A stretch of 32,000 bases of DNA from NCBI GenBank assembly GCA_000503875.1, contig CP006913.1:1145761-1177760 (forward strand), written 5' to 3'. The DNA comes from Candidatus Saccharimonadota bacterium. GTDB lineage: Bacteria > Patescibacteriota > Gracilibacteria > Absconditabacterales > Absconditicoccaceae. Below are positions 9,814-19,709 of the stretch, piece by piece. Under the pieces are notes generated by a model. It had not been told where the DNA came from and did no database searches. It worked only from the letters and a program-made list of their open reading frames with translations. Numbering within the stretch: position 1 is the stretch's first letter; every line of letters starts with the position of its first letter. Both the position numbers and the translations under genes were made by a program.

Positions 9814-11175
9814 TTATTTACTACGCCAGATTTCTTGGCCATCTAATTTCAACCAAAGAACTTCTTTGTTTTCGTATTCGTTCTTCTTCCAAAAGATTGC
9901 ATAGCGTTTTTTGTCTGCACGAAGTAATGCAATAAAAGGCATACTTCTTTCATCTTCAGGAAGACATCCCTTTTTAATGATTTTAGCCTGTTTGGTTAAG
10001 GCACTATCTAACTCGGCATAAACATAATCAATAACGAATTTATTAAGAGGAGATTCTCCTTCTTTTTCAATTACATCCATGCGGATGTTTTCATTATCTA
10101 TACATTTAAAACGATTCTTAAAAAGAGGAACACTTGTCCAATATCTTTGGTATGCACCAAGTTGAATTTCTCCCCTGAAAGGAACAAGTTCTAATTTTTC
10201 TAATTCAATTAAAAGTTGTTCTCTAGCGGTGATTGTATCAATAGGTGTAGGTATAACTTGTCTCGTGAGCGTATCCAATGGAATACTATCCGATTTAGGA
10301 ATTGTATCCAATACAGGAACACTGTCCAGTTGTATTGAATCAAGTTTCGGAATAAATACAGGTTTTGTTAAGCTGTAAATGTCGTATCCACCTGATCCAC
10401 CAGGACGATCAGATGCAAAATAATATAGGGAGTCAGTTTGTTTCCTAACATCTATAGTATTGCATCCAGAGATGTTAATAGGATAAGGAAGCTTTTGTGG
10501 AGCTTGCCATTCCCCATCAACAAAGAGAGATCGATATACACAAAACCATCCATCCCGGTTGGAATTAAAATATAACTCTTTTCCGTTTGGAGTAATCCAA
10601 ACACCATTCTCATCAAATGATGAATTGAGTATCTCTACAGGAACTGGTTTTTCTTTTCCTGTTTGAAAGTAGATGTCATAATTACCACTACGATTGCTCG
10701 TAAAATAAAGAGAATCTCCTTTTGTAGCTATACTATTTTCATCATAATCGGAATTGATGTAAGGAACTTCTTGTAATGATTCTATGCTAATTCCTTGTTT
10801 CCTTGGAGCCATAAACAACTTTCCTTGGTCATTGAAATAACCTCGATAAAAAAACCAATACTTATTAGACATACCAACCAATGCTGAATTTGCATCGATA
10901 TTGGCACTGCCATAACTAAGTTTCTTTACCTTACCAAAGCTAGTATCTGCCATCTGTGTATAATACACCTTCTCTGTATATTCCAGAAGTCTATCTTCAC
11001 GATTATTTCTTCGTTTAGAAGTAAACAACAACATAGAATCTACAGGAAAAGGTGAATACTCTGCAGCAACCGAATTGATGTCTAGATTTTTCATAACCCA
11101 GGTTGAATCCGGTTGCTGAGCAAACCCCAAAAAAGAACAAGAAACAGAATAAATAATTATCAGTAGCTTTTTCAT
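9814..11175 (-). CDS. secreted PD40/TolB-like beta-propeller repeat protein with an uncharacterised C-terminal domain (453 aa)
   Basis: This is a track ORF with signal peptide ...SFLGFAQ. It has repeated PD40-type motifs (DSLYFTSNRSGNYDIYF, GKELYFNSNRDG, DSLYYFASDRPGGSGGYDIYS). I saw no OmpA-C motif. It stops at TAA. Confidence 0.7.
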   Translation of the reverse strand: MKKLLIIIYSVSCSFLGFAQQPDSTWVMKNLDINSVAAEYSPFPVDSMLLFTSKRRNNREDRLLEYTEKVYYTQMADTSFGKVKKLSYGSANIDANSALVGMSNKYWFFYRGYFNDQGKLFMAPRKQGISIESLQEVPYINSDYDENSIATKGDSLYFTSNRSGNYDIYFQTGKEKPVPVEILNSSFDENGVWITPNGKELYFNSNRDGWFCVYRSLFVDGEWQAPQKLPYPINISGCNTIDVRKQTDSLYYFASDRPGGSGGYDIYSLTKPVFIPKLDSIQLDSVPVLDTIPKSDSIPLDTLTRQVIPTPIDTITAREQLLIELEKLELVPFRGEIQLGAYQRYWTSVPLFKNRFKCIDNENIRMDVIEKEGESPLNKFVIDYVYAELDSALTKQAKIIKKGCLPEDERSMPFIALLRADKKRYAIFWKKNEYENKEVLWLKLDGQEIWRSK

Positions 11176-11181
11176 ACGCTA

Positions 11182-12063
11182 CTATTTAGAGGATTTCGAA
11201 TAAGGAAGCTTTAGCATTAAGACAACCTCATGTTTGGTAAACGAATAACCATATACGTCACCAAATGAATAAGAGCCGCAATACCCAAATGATATATTTT
11301 GGACATTAATTCCAAAACCACCTTTTATCGTATTTGCAGATGCATATCCTATGCTAAAAAGAATATCCTTATTGAGAATAAATTTTCCAGATACCCCATA
11401 TTGTACGCTACTGAAAGTTTGTGTGATAACATATCCACTTCCCTCCAAGAACAATACATTTTCCATCAAAGTAAATCTGTACATACCACTAGCAGCATAC
11501 GTAATATTAGTTTTGTTTTCAAAACTACTTACCATCCAATCAGTTTGACTGGGAAGTAAATTATACGCAGCGATACCAACATAGTATCTATCTACTTGAT
11601 TAAGTGCTAAACCGAAATTGGCATTAAACCAGTTTCCAGATTCGGCACCCTGGAGAATAGGATCATCTATATCGTGTACTTCTACACGATCTCTCATTAA
11701 TTTTAATTGGTTAAATCCGCCACTTAATCCAAACGAAAGTTTGGAACCACCAACAGGTACATGGTAAATAAAAGTAGCCTCAGCAGAAAGGTTTTGTAGT
11801 ACGCCACCTTCTTGCGAAGCAATCTTAAATCCACCTGCAACCCGTTGATTATTAAACGGTGAACTCCCCCAAAACATAAAGGATTTCGGATGATAATCAT
11901 AGGCACCCATTTCTGTTTGATAGAGCGTACCCAATTTTACCATTTCATTGTATCCGCCCAAACTTGGATTGGCTAAATATGGGTCATAGCCAGCCCCTAA
12001 TTGAGCGAACCCTTTCGTTGATATAAGCACTACCAACAAAAGGAAAATTCTGATTTTTTTCAT
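11182..12063 (-). CDS. PorP/SprF-family type IX secretion system membrane protein (293 aa)
   Basis: This is a track ORF with signal peptide ...STKGFAQ. Its size, alternating beta-strand-like composition and position directly downstream of a type-B CTD cargo gene fit the PorP/SprF family. It stops at TAG. Confidence 0.7.
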   Translation of the reverse strand: MKKIRIFLLLVVLISTKGFAQLGAGYDPYLANPSLGGYNEMVKLGTLYQTEMGAYDYHPKSFMFWGSSPFNNQRVAGGFKIASQEGGVLQNLSAEATFIYHVPVGGSKLSFGLSGGFNQLKLMRDRVEVHDIDDPILQGAESGNWFNANFGLALNQVDRYYVGIAAYNLLPSQTDWMVSSFENKTNITYAASGMYRFTLMENVLFLEGSGYVITQTFSSVQYGVSGKFILNKDILFSIGYASANTIKGGFGINVQNISFGYCGSYSFGDVYGYSFTKHEVVLMLKLPYSKSSK

Positions 12064-12082
12064 TGTAATATATTTTTGTTGG

Positions 12083-14641
12083 TTAGTACAATATAGTTAT
12101 TGTTTTCCAATATGGTTTTTCAGAACCATCTTGTTTAACAACTTTTAAGTATAAATAAACAAGTGATCCGGAAGCAACAAGATTACCATTTTTATTCTTG
12201 GCATCCCAAATGGTCTGAGAAGGATCTGTTGATGTAAAGATTTCGCCATCTTTGTTTTGGATAACAAGTACTATTGAGATAGCATTGTTACACAAAGAAC
12301 TAAAATCCAATACGTCATTATCTCCATCTCCATTTGGAGTAACAAGATTGGGAATAGCTACACCATTTCCTGCCATAATTTCGACAGAATCTGTTGTAAC
12401 ACAACCATTATTATCGGTTATTTGCACATAATGCCGACCAGCTGCCAAAGAATCCGCTTCCTGAGTTGTTTGAACGGGAATACCACTCCATAAGTAAGTA
12501 TGCGGTGGGGTAAAATGATCCACATATTGTACTAAGGCCGTACCATCCTCGCATTCAGGACAAGAAGTATTTTCAACTCTGAAATAAGTTCTAGGATGAT
12601 CAGGTTGTTCAATAATAACCTTTTCCATAGAGATACATCCATTATCATCGGTAACCGTTACATCATAAGACCCTGCCTTCAGTCTATCAATAATAAAACT
12701 GTTTGCGGGAGTTGTAATAGTAACCGTAGTATCAACACCTAAATAATTAGTTCCATCAAGTACTAATGTACTATTTGGTCCAGAGGTACCACCTGATACA
12801 TTCACTTCAACACTTCCTCGTCCATCATAGCATAGGCTATGGGTTGGGTTAATAGTTACTACCAAAGGGAGTGGTTGTACAAACGTAATAGTGGTATCAA
12901 AGTCACAAGTTCCATTTGAAATACGAACCAGATGATCACCAATAGGCATATCAACAAAGCTTGTAGTGTCATCAAATAACACATTTTGCGTAACTCCACC
13001 TACAGTAATATCTAGAGGAAATGCTTCCAAGTTATGAACTCTAATTATCCCTAATTCGTCGTTACACGAGATAGGAGTATTTACAAATTCAAATTGGAAA
13101 TTTGCTGGATTAGTAAGTGTCCAGGTTGTGTCAAAAACACAGCCAACACTGTCCTTAAGATGTAAGTCATAAATTCCACTACTAAGATTTGTTATAGCAT
13201 TGGTATTGTTATTCATAAGTACGCCATCTTTTTTCCAGACAAAAGAGTTTCCTCCATTACCTCCAATAACTGTTGTCGTGATACTAGCATTGGTGTATTC
13301 ATAACAACCTACAGGAACAACAACATCTGTTACATGAAGTCGGGCTGGTTCATTTATTGTTACCGCTGGCGGAATAAATGTACATCCGTTTTCATCAGTA
13401 ATTGTCAATGTATACGTTCCAGCAGCAAGTCCAGTAATAGAAGCAGTCGTTTGACCACTATCCCAAGAATAACTTAATTGACCAGTTCCTCCACTAAAAT
13501 TGGCAGTAATAGAGCCATCATTAGCTTGGAAACAAGTCAGATCTTTTTTAATTAGTTCTCCTTGAATAGGTGAATCAGGTTCCTTTATAATTACACTTTG
13601 ATCCAAAGCACATCCTGTAGAATCTTCTACATGAATAGTATATCTACCAGCAAATAAGTCAGTAACTGCTGCATTATTGCTAGAGAATCCACTCGGACCA
13701 GTAATTGTGTAAACAAAACCACTATAACTTCCTTCTGCAACTGCGTTAATACGTCCCGTATTATCTCCATAACACAAAATATTTCTTTGTGTGTAGGAAA
13801 TTTTTATTGGTGTAAGAACACTGTCAACCAACCAAGAATGTCGAAAACCTTTATTATCGTTTGTTACGACTTTAAAGATATTTCTCCCTGGATAAACTTC
13901 AGAAGAAAAACTTGCTACAGTATCTGCTACACTTGTTACATACAGTGGACCAGGAAGTAATTCAACAATAGTAACCGTGTCTTCCGGGAACTGCACTTGT
14001 GCAGGTAAATTAGCAGGAACTAAAATTGGTCTTACATCACTAATTGGCGCTGTTGCATCATAGCAAGCAGTAGAATCAATTTCGTAAGTCGTAGTAATTC
14101 CAGATAATTCATTAACAACAACAGTATCATTTCTTTGACAACCGTTTATATCAGTAAGCGTAATAAAATACGTTCCTGAATAAAGATTATCGAAAACATT
14201 AGCTGTTTGTGTTGTTTCAATAGTAGTAGTACTATCAATCAAATTATAGGTAAACCATCCGGTTCCACCTCCAGCTGTAATAGTAATCCTCCCATTTGGC
14301 AAAGGCCAATTGGAATTAGGAACTATCGCATATGCTGCAGTGATCGCAGGAGGATTATCCAGCGTATAAGTAAATGTTTCTGTTGCCAAAAGGGCATTAG
14401 TAACAGTTACGGAATACAAAGCAGCATCCAAACCAGAAGCGACTTTCCCTGAAAGAGTTGGTATAACTATACCATTTCGTTCCCATACATACGTATAAGG
14501 AGGATTAATCAATGTAGTAGTAACGGTTATTTCACCGTCCTTACCATCATGACACTTAATGTTTTCTGTGGCAGTGATCTGTGAAAAACCAGACAGCCAA
14601 AAAAACAAAAGTACCAACGTTACAATAATTTTTTGTCTCAT
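12083..14641 (-). CDS. SprB-repeat cell-surface protein with a T9SS type-B C-terminal sorting domain (gliding-motility-associated CTD), 852 aa
   Basis: This is a track ORF with signal peptide ...WLSGFSQ. It has repeated SprB-type modules (CHDGKDGEITVT, CYGDNTGRINAVAEG, CFQANDGSITANFSGGTG, CYDGRGSVEVNVSGGT). The C-terminus IPNLVTPNGDGDNDVLDF... is the hallmark of the CHU_C/type-B sorting domain. It stops at TAA. Confidence 0.85.
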   Translation of the reverse strand: MRQKIIVTLVLLFFWLSGFSQITATENIKCHDGKDGEITVTTTLINPPYTYVWERNGIVIPTLSGKVASGLDAALYSVTVTNALLATETFTYTLDNPPAITAAYAIVPNSNWPLPNGRITITAGGGTGWFTYNLIDSTTTIETTQTANVFDNLYSGTYFITLTDINGCQRNDTVVVNELSGITTTYEIDSTACYDATAPISDVRPILVPANLPAQVQFPEDTVTIVELLPGPLYVTSVADTVASFSSEVYPGRNIFKVVTNDNKGFRHSWLVDSVLTPIKISYTQRNILCYGDNTGRINAVAEGSYSGFVYTITGPSGFSSNNAAVTDLFAGRYTIHVEDSTGCALDQSVIIKEPDSPIQGELIKKDLTCFQANDGSITANFSGGTGQLSYSWDSGQTTASITGLAAGTYTLTITDENGCTFIPPAVTINEPARLHVTDVVVPVGCYEYTNASITTTVIGGNGGNSFVWKKDGVLMNNNTNAITNLSSGIYDLHLKDSVGCVFDTTWTLTNPANFQFEFVNTPISCNDELGIIRVHNLEAFPLDITVGGVTQNVLFDDTTSFVDMPIGDHLVRISNGTCDFDTTITFVQPLPLVVTINPTHSLCYDGRGSVEVNVSGGTSGPNSTLVLDGTNYLGVDTTVTITTPANSFIIDRLKAGSYDVTVTDDNGCISMEKVIIEQPDHPRTYFRVENTSCPECEDGTALVQYVDHFTPPHTYLWSGIPVQTTQEADSLAAGRHYVQITDNNGCVTTDSVEIMAGNGVAIPNLVTPNGDGDNDVLDFSSLCNNAISIVLVIQNKDGEIFTSTDPSQTIWDAKNKNGNLVASGSLVYLYLKVVKQDGSEKPYWKTITILY

Positions 14642-14811
14642 AAGTGGTTAATTTAATTTATATTTAATTTTTGTTTAATTTCTTTGTTAATTACCTAGCT
14701 AGATATACCCGAAAAATAAGCATTCCAGCCATCATAGTATATGTAGCTATTTGGCGATAAAAGTCAATACAATAATGAGAATAAATTATATAAAACAAGA
14801 AACAAATCAGA

Positions 14812-14839
14812 TTGATTTTTTTGTAAAATTTCCTATATT
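14812..14839 (+). promoter_or_regulatory. candidate sigma70-type promoter for dnaJ
   Basis: TTGATT (14812-14817), a 16-nt spacer, then TATATT (14834-14839), about 45 nt upstream of ATG 14884. This rests on pattern match only. Confidence 0.3.
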
Positions 14840-14883
14840 ATCACCTCGACAAAAAAAGTGCTATTTACTATTAACGTATAGAT

Positions 14884-15933
14884 ATGGATTTTGATGTAAA
14901 AAAGGATTATTACAAAATATTAGATATTCCAGAAACGGCCACAGCGGAAGACGCAAAGAAAGCATTCAAAAAGCTTGCAGTAAAACATCACCCAGACCGC
15001 TGATGAGATAAAGCAAAATTTCAAGAGATCAACGAAGCTTATCAAACCTTAGGAGATGAAAAAAAGAAAGCTCAATACGATGCTTATCGTAGTGGTGGCG
15101 GAGGACAAGGATGATATGATTTTGGCGGATTTGGCGGTTGATGACAAGGATGATTTGATTTCTGAGGAGTAGATCTCGGAGATATTTTTGGAAATATGTT
15201 TGGAGGTGGATTTGGAGGACAACAAACAAGAGCAGAATCATTTAGTGGAGAAGATATCAAAGTTGCTATAGAAATTACTTTTGAAGAATGATTTTTGGGA
15301 GTAACCAAAAAGGTCGCTTACAATAGAAAAATAAAAATGTCTGGTATTGATGAAAAAAATTGTAGCACTTGTAAAGGTCAATGAAGAGTTTCAAGAACAG
15401 TTCAAACACCTTTTGGAATGATGCAAACTCAAACTGTTTGTCCAGATTGTGGAGGTGTTGGTCACCAATATACCAAGGATGGAAAGACTATTAAATCTCC
15501 ATTTGAAAATCACAAAGAAACGATTGAAGTTAAAATTCCAGAAGGAATCGATGATGGCGTTTATATAAAATTTACTGGAAAAGGACACCAATGATTAAAT
15601 GGTTATGATGGTGATTTATATATCAAAATAAATATTCAGACTTCTCCTATATATGAAAGAAGATCAGATAATTTATATATCAAAGTTCCTGTAACCATTT
15701 TTGATCTTGTGCTTGGAGCAGAAAAACAAATCACTCATCCAGAAGGAAAACTAAAAGTAAAAATCCCAAAAGCTACTCAGGTAGGAGATATGGTCAAAAT
15801 ATCTGGAAAATGATTTGGTAAGTGATGAATCTTTGGTAAAAAATGAGATCTTTATCTGATTCCAAAAGTAGACATCCCAAAAAAATTAAGCAAAGAAGAA
15901 GAAAAATTGTGGAAAGAATTAGCTTCGATATAG
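14884..15933 (+). CDS. dnaJ: molecular chaperone DnaJ (349 aa)
   Basis: It has a J-domain ([35 protein letters not shown]), a G/F region ([42 protein letters not shown]) and zinc-finger motifs CSTCKGQG and CPDCGGVG. About 14 in-frame TGA all fall at Gly positions. It ends at TAG 15931-15933. It is absent from the + strand of the track because of these TGA. Confidence 0.92.
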
Positions 15934-16017
15934 TGTTTAGTGCTCTGATGATGAATGAATTTTGTTTGTTTTTTATTGCGAGAGAAACAATAACTTTATA
16001 ACCTTCATAACTAACTT

Positions 16018-16575
16018 ATGCTCATAACCATAACTTGAAAAGCTTGAAGCGGAAAATCTACTGCAGCTAAGGCACTTGCAGAGAGGCTTTGATACGAATA
16101 TATTTCTATATGAAGCATGAGAAGAATTGTTGCAGAGAAAATGTGATTAAATATTTTGGAATTTAATGAGCTTGGCGAACGCCCAGAAAATCAAAAAGAA
16201 TTTGATTTGAAATACGAAGAATATCAAAAAAGTTTAGATCCAACATCCAAAATTGTTTTGGAAAGTAGATTGTGATTTTTTTGTCAGCCAAAATCTTTTA
16301 AAATTTTTTTAACGGTTGATGAAGAATCTGCAGCAAAAAGAATATTTAATAATAAAAGATCTACTGATGATTATACATCTTGGGAAGAAGTTTTAGAAAA
16401 AACAAAAATAAGAGATAAAGAAGATGTAGAAAGATATAAAGAATTATATAATGTAGATTATAGTGATTTCAAAAATTATGATCTAATATTGGATACAACA
16501 ATTAAAAATGTTGATGAAACAGTCGACGAAATTATAGAGCCATTTAATAAATACAAGAAAAACCAGCAAAAATAA
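16018..16575 (+). CDS. cmk: archaeal-type cytidylate kinase family / AAA nucleotide kinase (185 aa)
   Basis: It opens MLITITGKAGSGKSTAAKALAERLGYEYISIG. Two glycines of the Walker A motif are TGA (16036-16038, 16045-16047). The overall layout resembles Cytidylate_kin2 proteins. It ends at TAA 16573-16575. Confidence 0.7.
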
Positions 16576-16590
16576 CAGCTGGTTTTTTTT
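16561..16590 (+). terminator. rho-independent terminator overlapping the cmk stop
   Basis: AACCAGC / GCTGGTT stem (16561-16567 / 16578-16584) followed by a T-run to 16590. Confidence 0.65.
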
Positions 16591-16596
16591 AGATTA

Positions 16597-16731
16597 TTAT
16601 CTTTTTTTAGCGGCACTTTTGTTAATTTCTCTAGCCAATTTGGCTAATTCTTCTATTGTTTCTATTTTTGGAAGAGGAGGTAGGCTACTTCGAGTTTTAT
16701 CCTCCTTTTTAGCAATAACTATTGTTTCCAT
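16597..16731 (-). CDS. possible small protein (44 aa)
   Basis: On the minus strand, ATG 16729-16731 to TAA 16597-16599 gives METIVIAKKEDKTRSSLPPLPKIETIEELAKLAREINKSAAKKR. It fills an otherwise empty gap. There is no homology argument. Confidence 0.25.
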   Translation of the reverse strand: METIVIAKKEDKTRSSLPPLPKIETIEELAKLAREINKSAAKKR

Positions 16732-16825
16732 AACTTTATATTTATTTGTCTATATATACTTTTTTCCCTGGAAAAAGCAAACAATATTCCTACAGTAGGA
16801 AACGTTTTATATTTCAAGATATCAT

Positions 16826-18145
16826 ATGTTCAAATCTAAACAATTCTTTACTGCATTAGCTATTGCAATTTTTATTTGAGCCCTTGCTGGCTGAGTATAT
16901 ATTACTCAAAGAAACGATCTTCCAGATATTTTTGGCTATGTTCCGACATGAATGGATCAAGTTATGGTAAATCGAGCTGAAAAAAATATCCAAAATAATA
17001 CCAATATGCTCATTGAAGTTCCTCAAGCAGTGCAAGAACAATTTCAACAAATCAAGGTGATGATTATTGTGCAAGACGAATCATTTTCAGGTGAACAAAT
17101 GGTTTTTCTTCAAACCAAATCAGATTTTTCTCCGGAAGATTTTCTTCAAACAATAAATCCTGAAAACGAAACAACATCAACGTACTTACGTTTAGACGAT
17201 TGACAATATGTGTTTGGGCCTCAACAAACTATTCAATCATATACAAAGCCAATTCCAGATAAAACACTTTTTCAACAATCACAACTCAAAAAATATATTC
17301 CTATTATCAGAAGAAGTTCATTGAGTATTGTATCAAATAATAATGATCTATTTTCTACACAAAAAGAATATTCCTCATTATTAGATTCTGCCGAGTATTT
17401 AGTAATGAATATTTCTTCTAGCCCAAGAGGAGAATTTGATTTTTCTGCATATGTTATTCTTTCTCAATCTCAAGCAGAACAACAAAATAAATTCAAACCA
17501 CAATTCACATCATTGCTTAAAGAGTCGACTATAACTTATCTCGAGCTTGGAAAAATTCTTTCTGGTATAGATATATCAGCTCAACTGGCATCTGGATCTG
17601 CACAAGACCTTTTGCTCAAAAAATTATTAGCGAACAACTTGGCAATCGTAGTAAGTAAAGGAGCAAATATGTTTAATCTTGGAGTAACTATTGTTGCTGA
17701 TAATCCATCATTATTTACTGATCTTGAACCGTTTTTTCCTCTGTTGGGAATGTGGCTTCAAAGCCAACCGATGATTAGTGGAAATCAAGTTACCAGTATC
17801 CAACAACCAGGAAAAATAGGCTACGACATTACTCTCCAAGGAGTTCAAAAAATTGGAGCATATTTAGAACAAACAGAAAACCAAACTAAAATATCATTAT
17901 GAAATCCCCTTATTGAAGGAGCAAAAAGAAAATTAAAATGATATTCAAAAAATGCTTTGGCTGTCCTTTATGTAGATATGAATCAGCTTTTAAATTTATA
18001 TAAACAATTTGCAAATATAGGTCTCAATACATCAGTCCTGACAACATCACAAGAATCAATGTTTACACAGATGCAAGATAAGACACTCCGTGGAGAGATA
18101 GCAATAGAAAAAGACGCAATTAGCATCAAATGATCAATTAAATAA
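16826..18145 (+). CDS. membrane-anchored hypothetical protein (439 aa)
   Basis: ATG 16826 opens MFKSKQFFTALAIAIFIGALAGGVYI, an N-terminal TM segment containing TGA-encoded Gly. Track ORFs 16952..17203 and 17210..17902 share this frame. It ends at TAA 18143-18145. No family recognised. Confidence 0.65.
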
Positions 18146-18150
18146 AGATA

Positions 18151-18179
18151 AAAAATCCCTCGTGATGAGGGGTTTTTTC
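18151..18179. terminator. bidirectional terminator between convergent genes
   Basis: CCCTC-GTGAT-GAGGG hairpin (18157-18171) with an A-run upstream and a T-run downstream. Confidence 0.55.
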
Positions 18180-18180
18180 T

Positions 18181-19614
18181 TTAAAATAGTATTTTCCAAA
18201 GTTGCCAAGAGTTTCCTTGCTGATACAAAGAGAAGCATTTTCCATTGGCTATGTTCTCAGACATTTGCTGTTCTCATAACCATATATATAAAGGTCTATT
18301 CAGATTTTTATAACTTTTTTCTAACATCTCGCATTTATAACTTCCATCATTTTCTCGCCGCTTAATCCATTCAGTGTGGTTTCGTTTATCTAATTCAGCC
18401 ATTCAAGGATTGATGTAATCTCTTTGACTCCAGCCCATAATCCAAGGAGTATAATTTTTGTGCGAATTTATAATTATGGCATTTTCTTCTGTTCTATTTT
18501 TGATGTTTTTTATCGCAGAAAATTCTTCTTTGCTAATTAAAGGTATTGCGTTGATGTTGATATGGACAATATAATTAAACCCTACAGCCAATCCAATTAT
18601 AGCAAAAATAAAAATTCAGAATTTTTTAATTTCCCATTTTTCACAAACAAATTTATATAGATTCCAAATTCCATAAGCAGCCAATATCACCACAAATATA
18701 TCAAAAAAAACAATCGCTCTATTGAAATTAACCATTCTCAAGACTAGTCGTATTGCTCAAATAATATATCAAATATCTATAATTCAAAACCTTTTTCTTA
18801 TGATTTTGTAAAAGAATCAAACCAAACTAAACAATAAAACAAATCGTTGAATCTTTATATATTCGGCAATCATAATAAAATCTCAACCAGTCTGACTTGC
18901 TACAATAGTTCAAGTTGCTTTGATCGCTTCCGACATAATCTGATGCCAAATTGGGATATACATTGCAAGTCAAATAACTCCAGCTAATCATCGAAATATA
19001 GTTTGTTTCCAAGGGATTTTTTTGTTTGTATATCGCTCCAAAATCCAAGATCAAAAAAGAAGCAATCATGTATATAACGCAGTATGTTTATGGAGTAAAA
19101 TAATAATCAAAAACAAAATAGATTGTCGCAATACTTTGTTTTTTTGTATAAAGATTAGGACTAGCAGCATAAGATTGACAGCAATAATCTGCTTAAAATA
19201 TCCTCGCCAAAATACCTGATAGCCGACAATTGACATCCAATACAGCCAAGCTCATATTACTCACATCCATTTGTTTTCTTTTTTCAATAACACAAAAATC
19301 AGAACTCATGGAAGGAGGTTGATTATTCATATTCATCGGGTTAGCCACCAATCAAAGTTCGCTCACATTTTGCCAAAAATTGCCATTATTGTTCCAAGTA
19401 ACGGTTCATGTCTCACCCACCCAGGAAGCAGAGAAAAATCAAAATTCCACAAAATCTTGGAATATTCTACAAAAATTCATTTGTACATTCCTGGGTCATA
19501 GCCTAGTGGAGTTTCATTTCCTACAAAGTATCGTAGTCTATACAGTCAGAATAAAATTCAGATCCATAATAGGATCCATGTTCAATATTTTTTTCAAAAA
19601 CCTCCTTTCTCCAT
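18181..19614 (-). CDS. polytopic integral membrane protein (477 aa), possibly GT-C/ArnT-like glycosyltransferase
   Basis: On the minus strand, ATG (19612-19614) to TAA (18181-18183) is 1,434 nt in one frame, with about 24 in-frame TGA and no TAA or TAG. Track ORF 18403..18591 is in this frame. The protein is dominated by hydrophobic helices. The functional guess is weak. Confidence 0.6.
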
Positions 19615-19709
19615 CTATATATATCAATTAAAAACTTTTTAAAAATTTGACAGAAATACAAAATTTATATATAATTAGATTAATATTTTTTATTTATATA
19701 TTTTTTGTT

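Larger units (their letters stand above)
9699..14646 (-). other. candidate foreign (Bacteroidota-like) block: three-gene T9SS cargo operon with its terminator
   Basis: It holds three tightly spaced minus-strand genes (gaps of 6 and 19 nt) with Bacteroidota-type signal peptides, and there is no in-frame TGA in 1,598 codons. The 10-bp direct repeat CTCATAAGTG occurs at 9689-9698 and 14637-14646. The exact boundaries are uncertain. Confidence 0.55.

Noticed and set aside
11299-14452. Plus-strand ORFs inside the T9SS-like block (11299..11559, 11351..11548, 14207..14452) and the minus-strand ORF 11724..11906
   Set aside because: They are fully nested in, and out of frame with or antisense to, long ORFs that carry clear family signatures.
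9694-14883. Integrase, transposase, tRNA attachment site or inverted terminal repeats that would make the block a defined mobile element
   Set aside because: I could recognise none of these in or next to the block. Only the 10-bp direct repeat was found, so I call it a foreign-looking block rather than a mobile element.
15029-15308. Minus-strand ORFs with Pro-rich translations
   Set aside because: They are antisense to the Gly-rich G/F region of dnaJ, where the complement of GGN codons gives CCN.
18827-19069. Minus-strand track ORF of 80 aa
   Set aside because: It is in a different frame from the 478-codon code-25 reading frame 18181..19614, which stays open across the whole region. The 80-aa ORF is an alternative-frame artefact.
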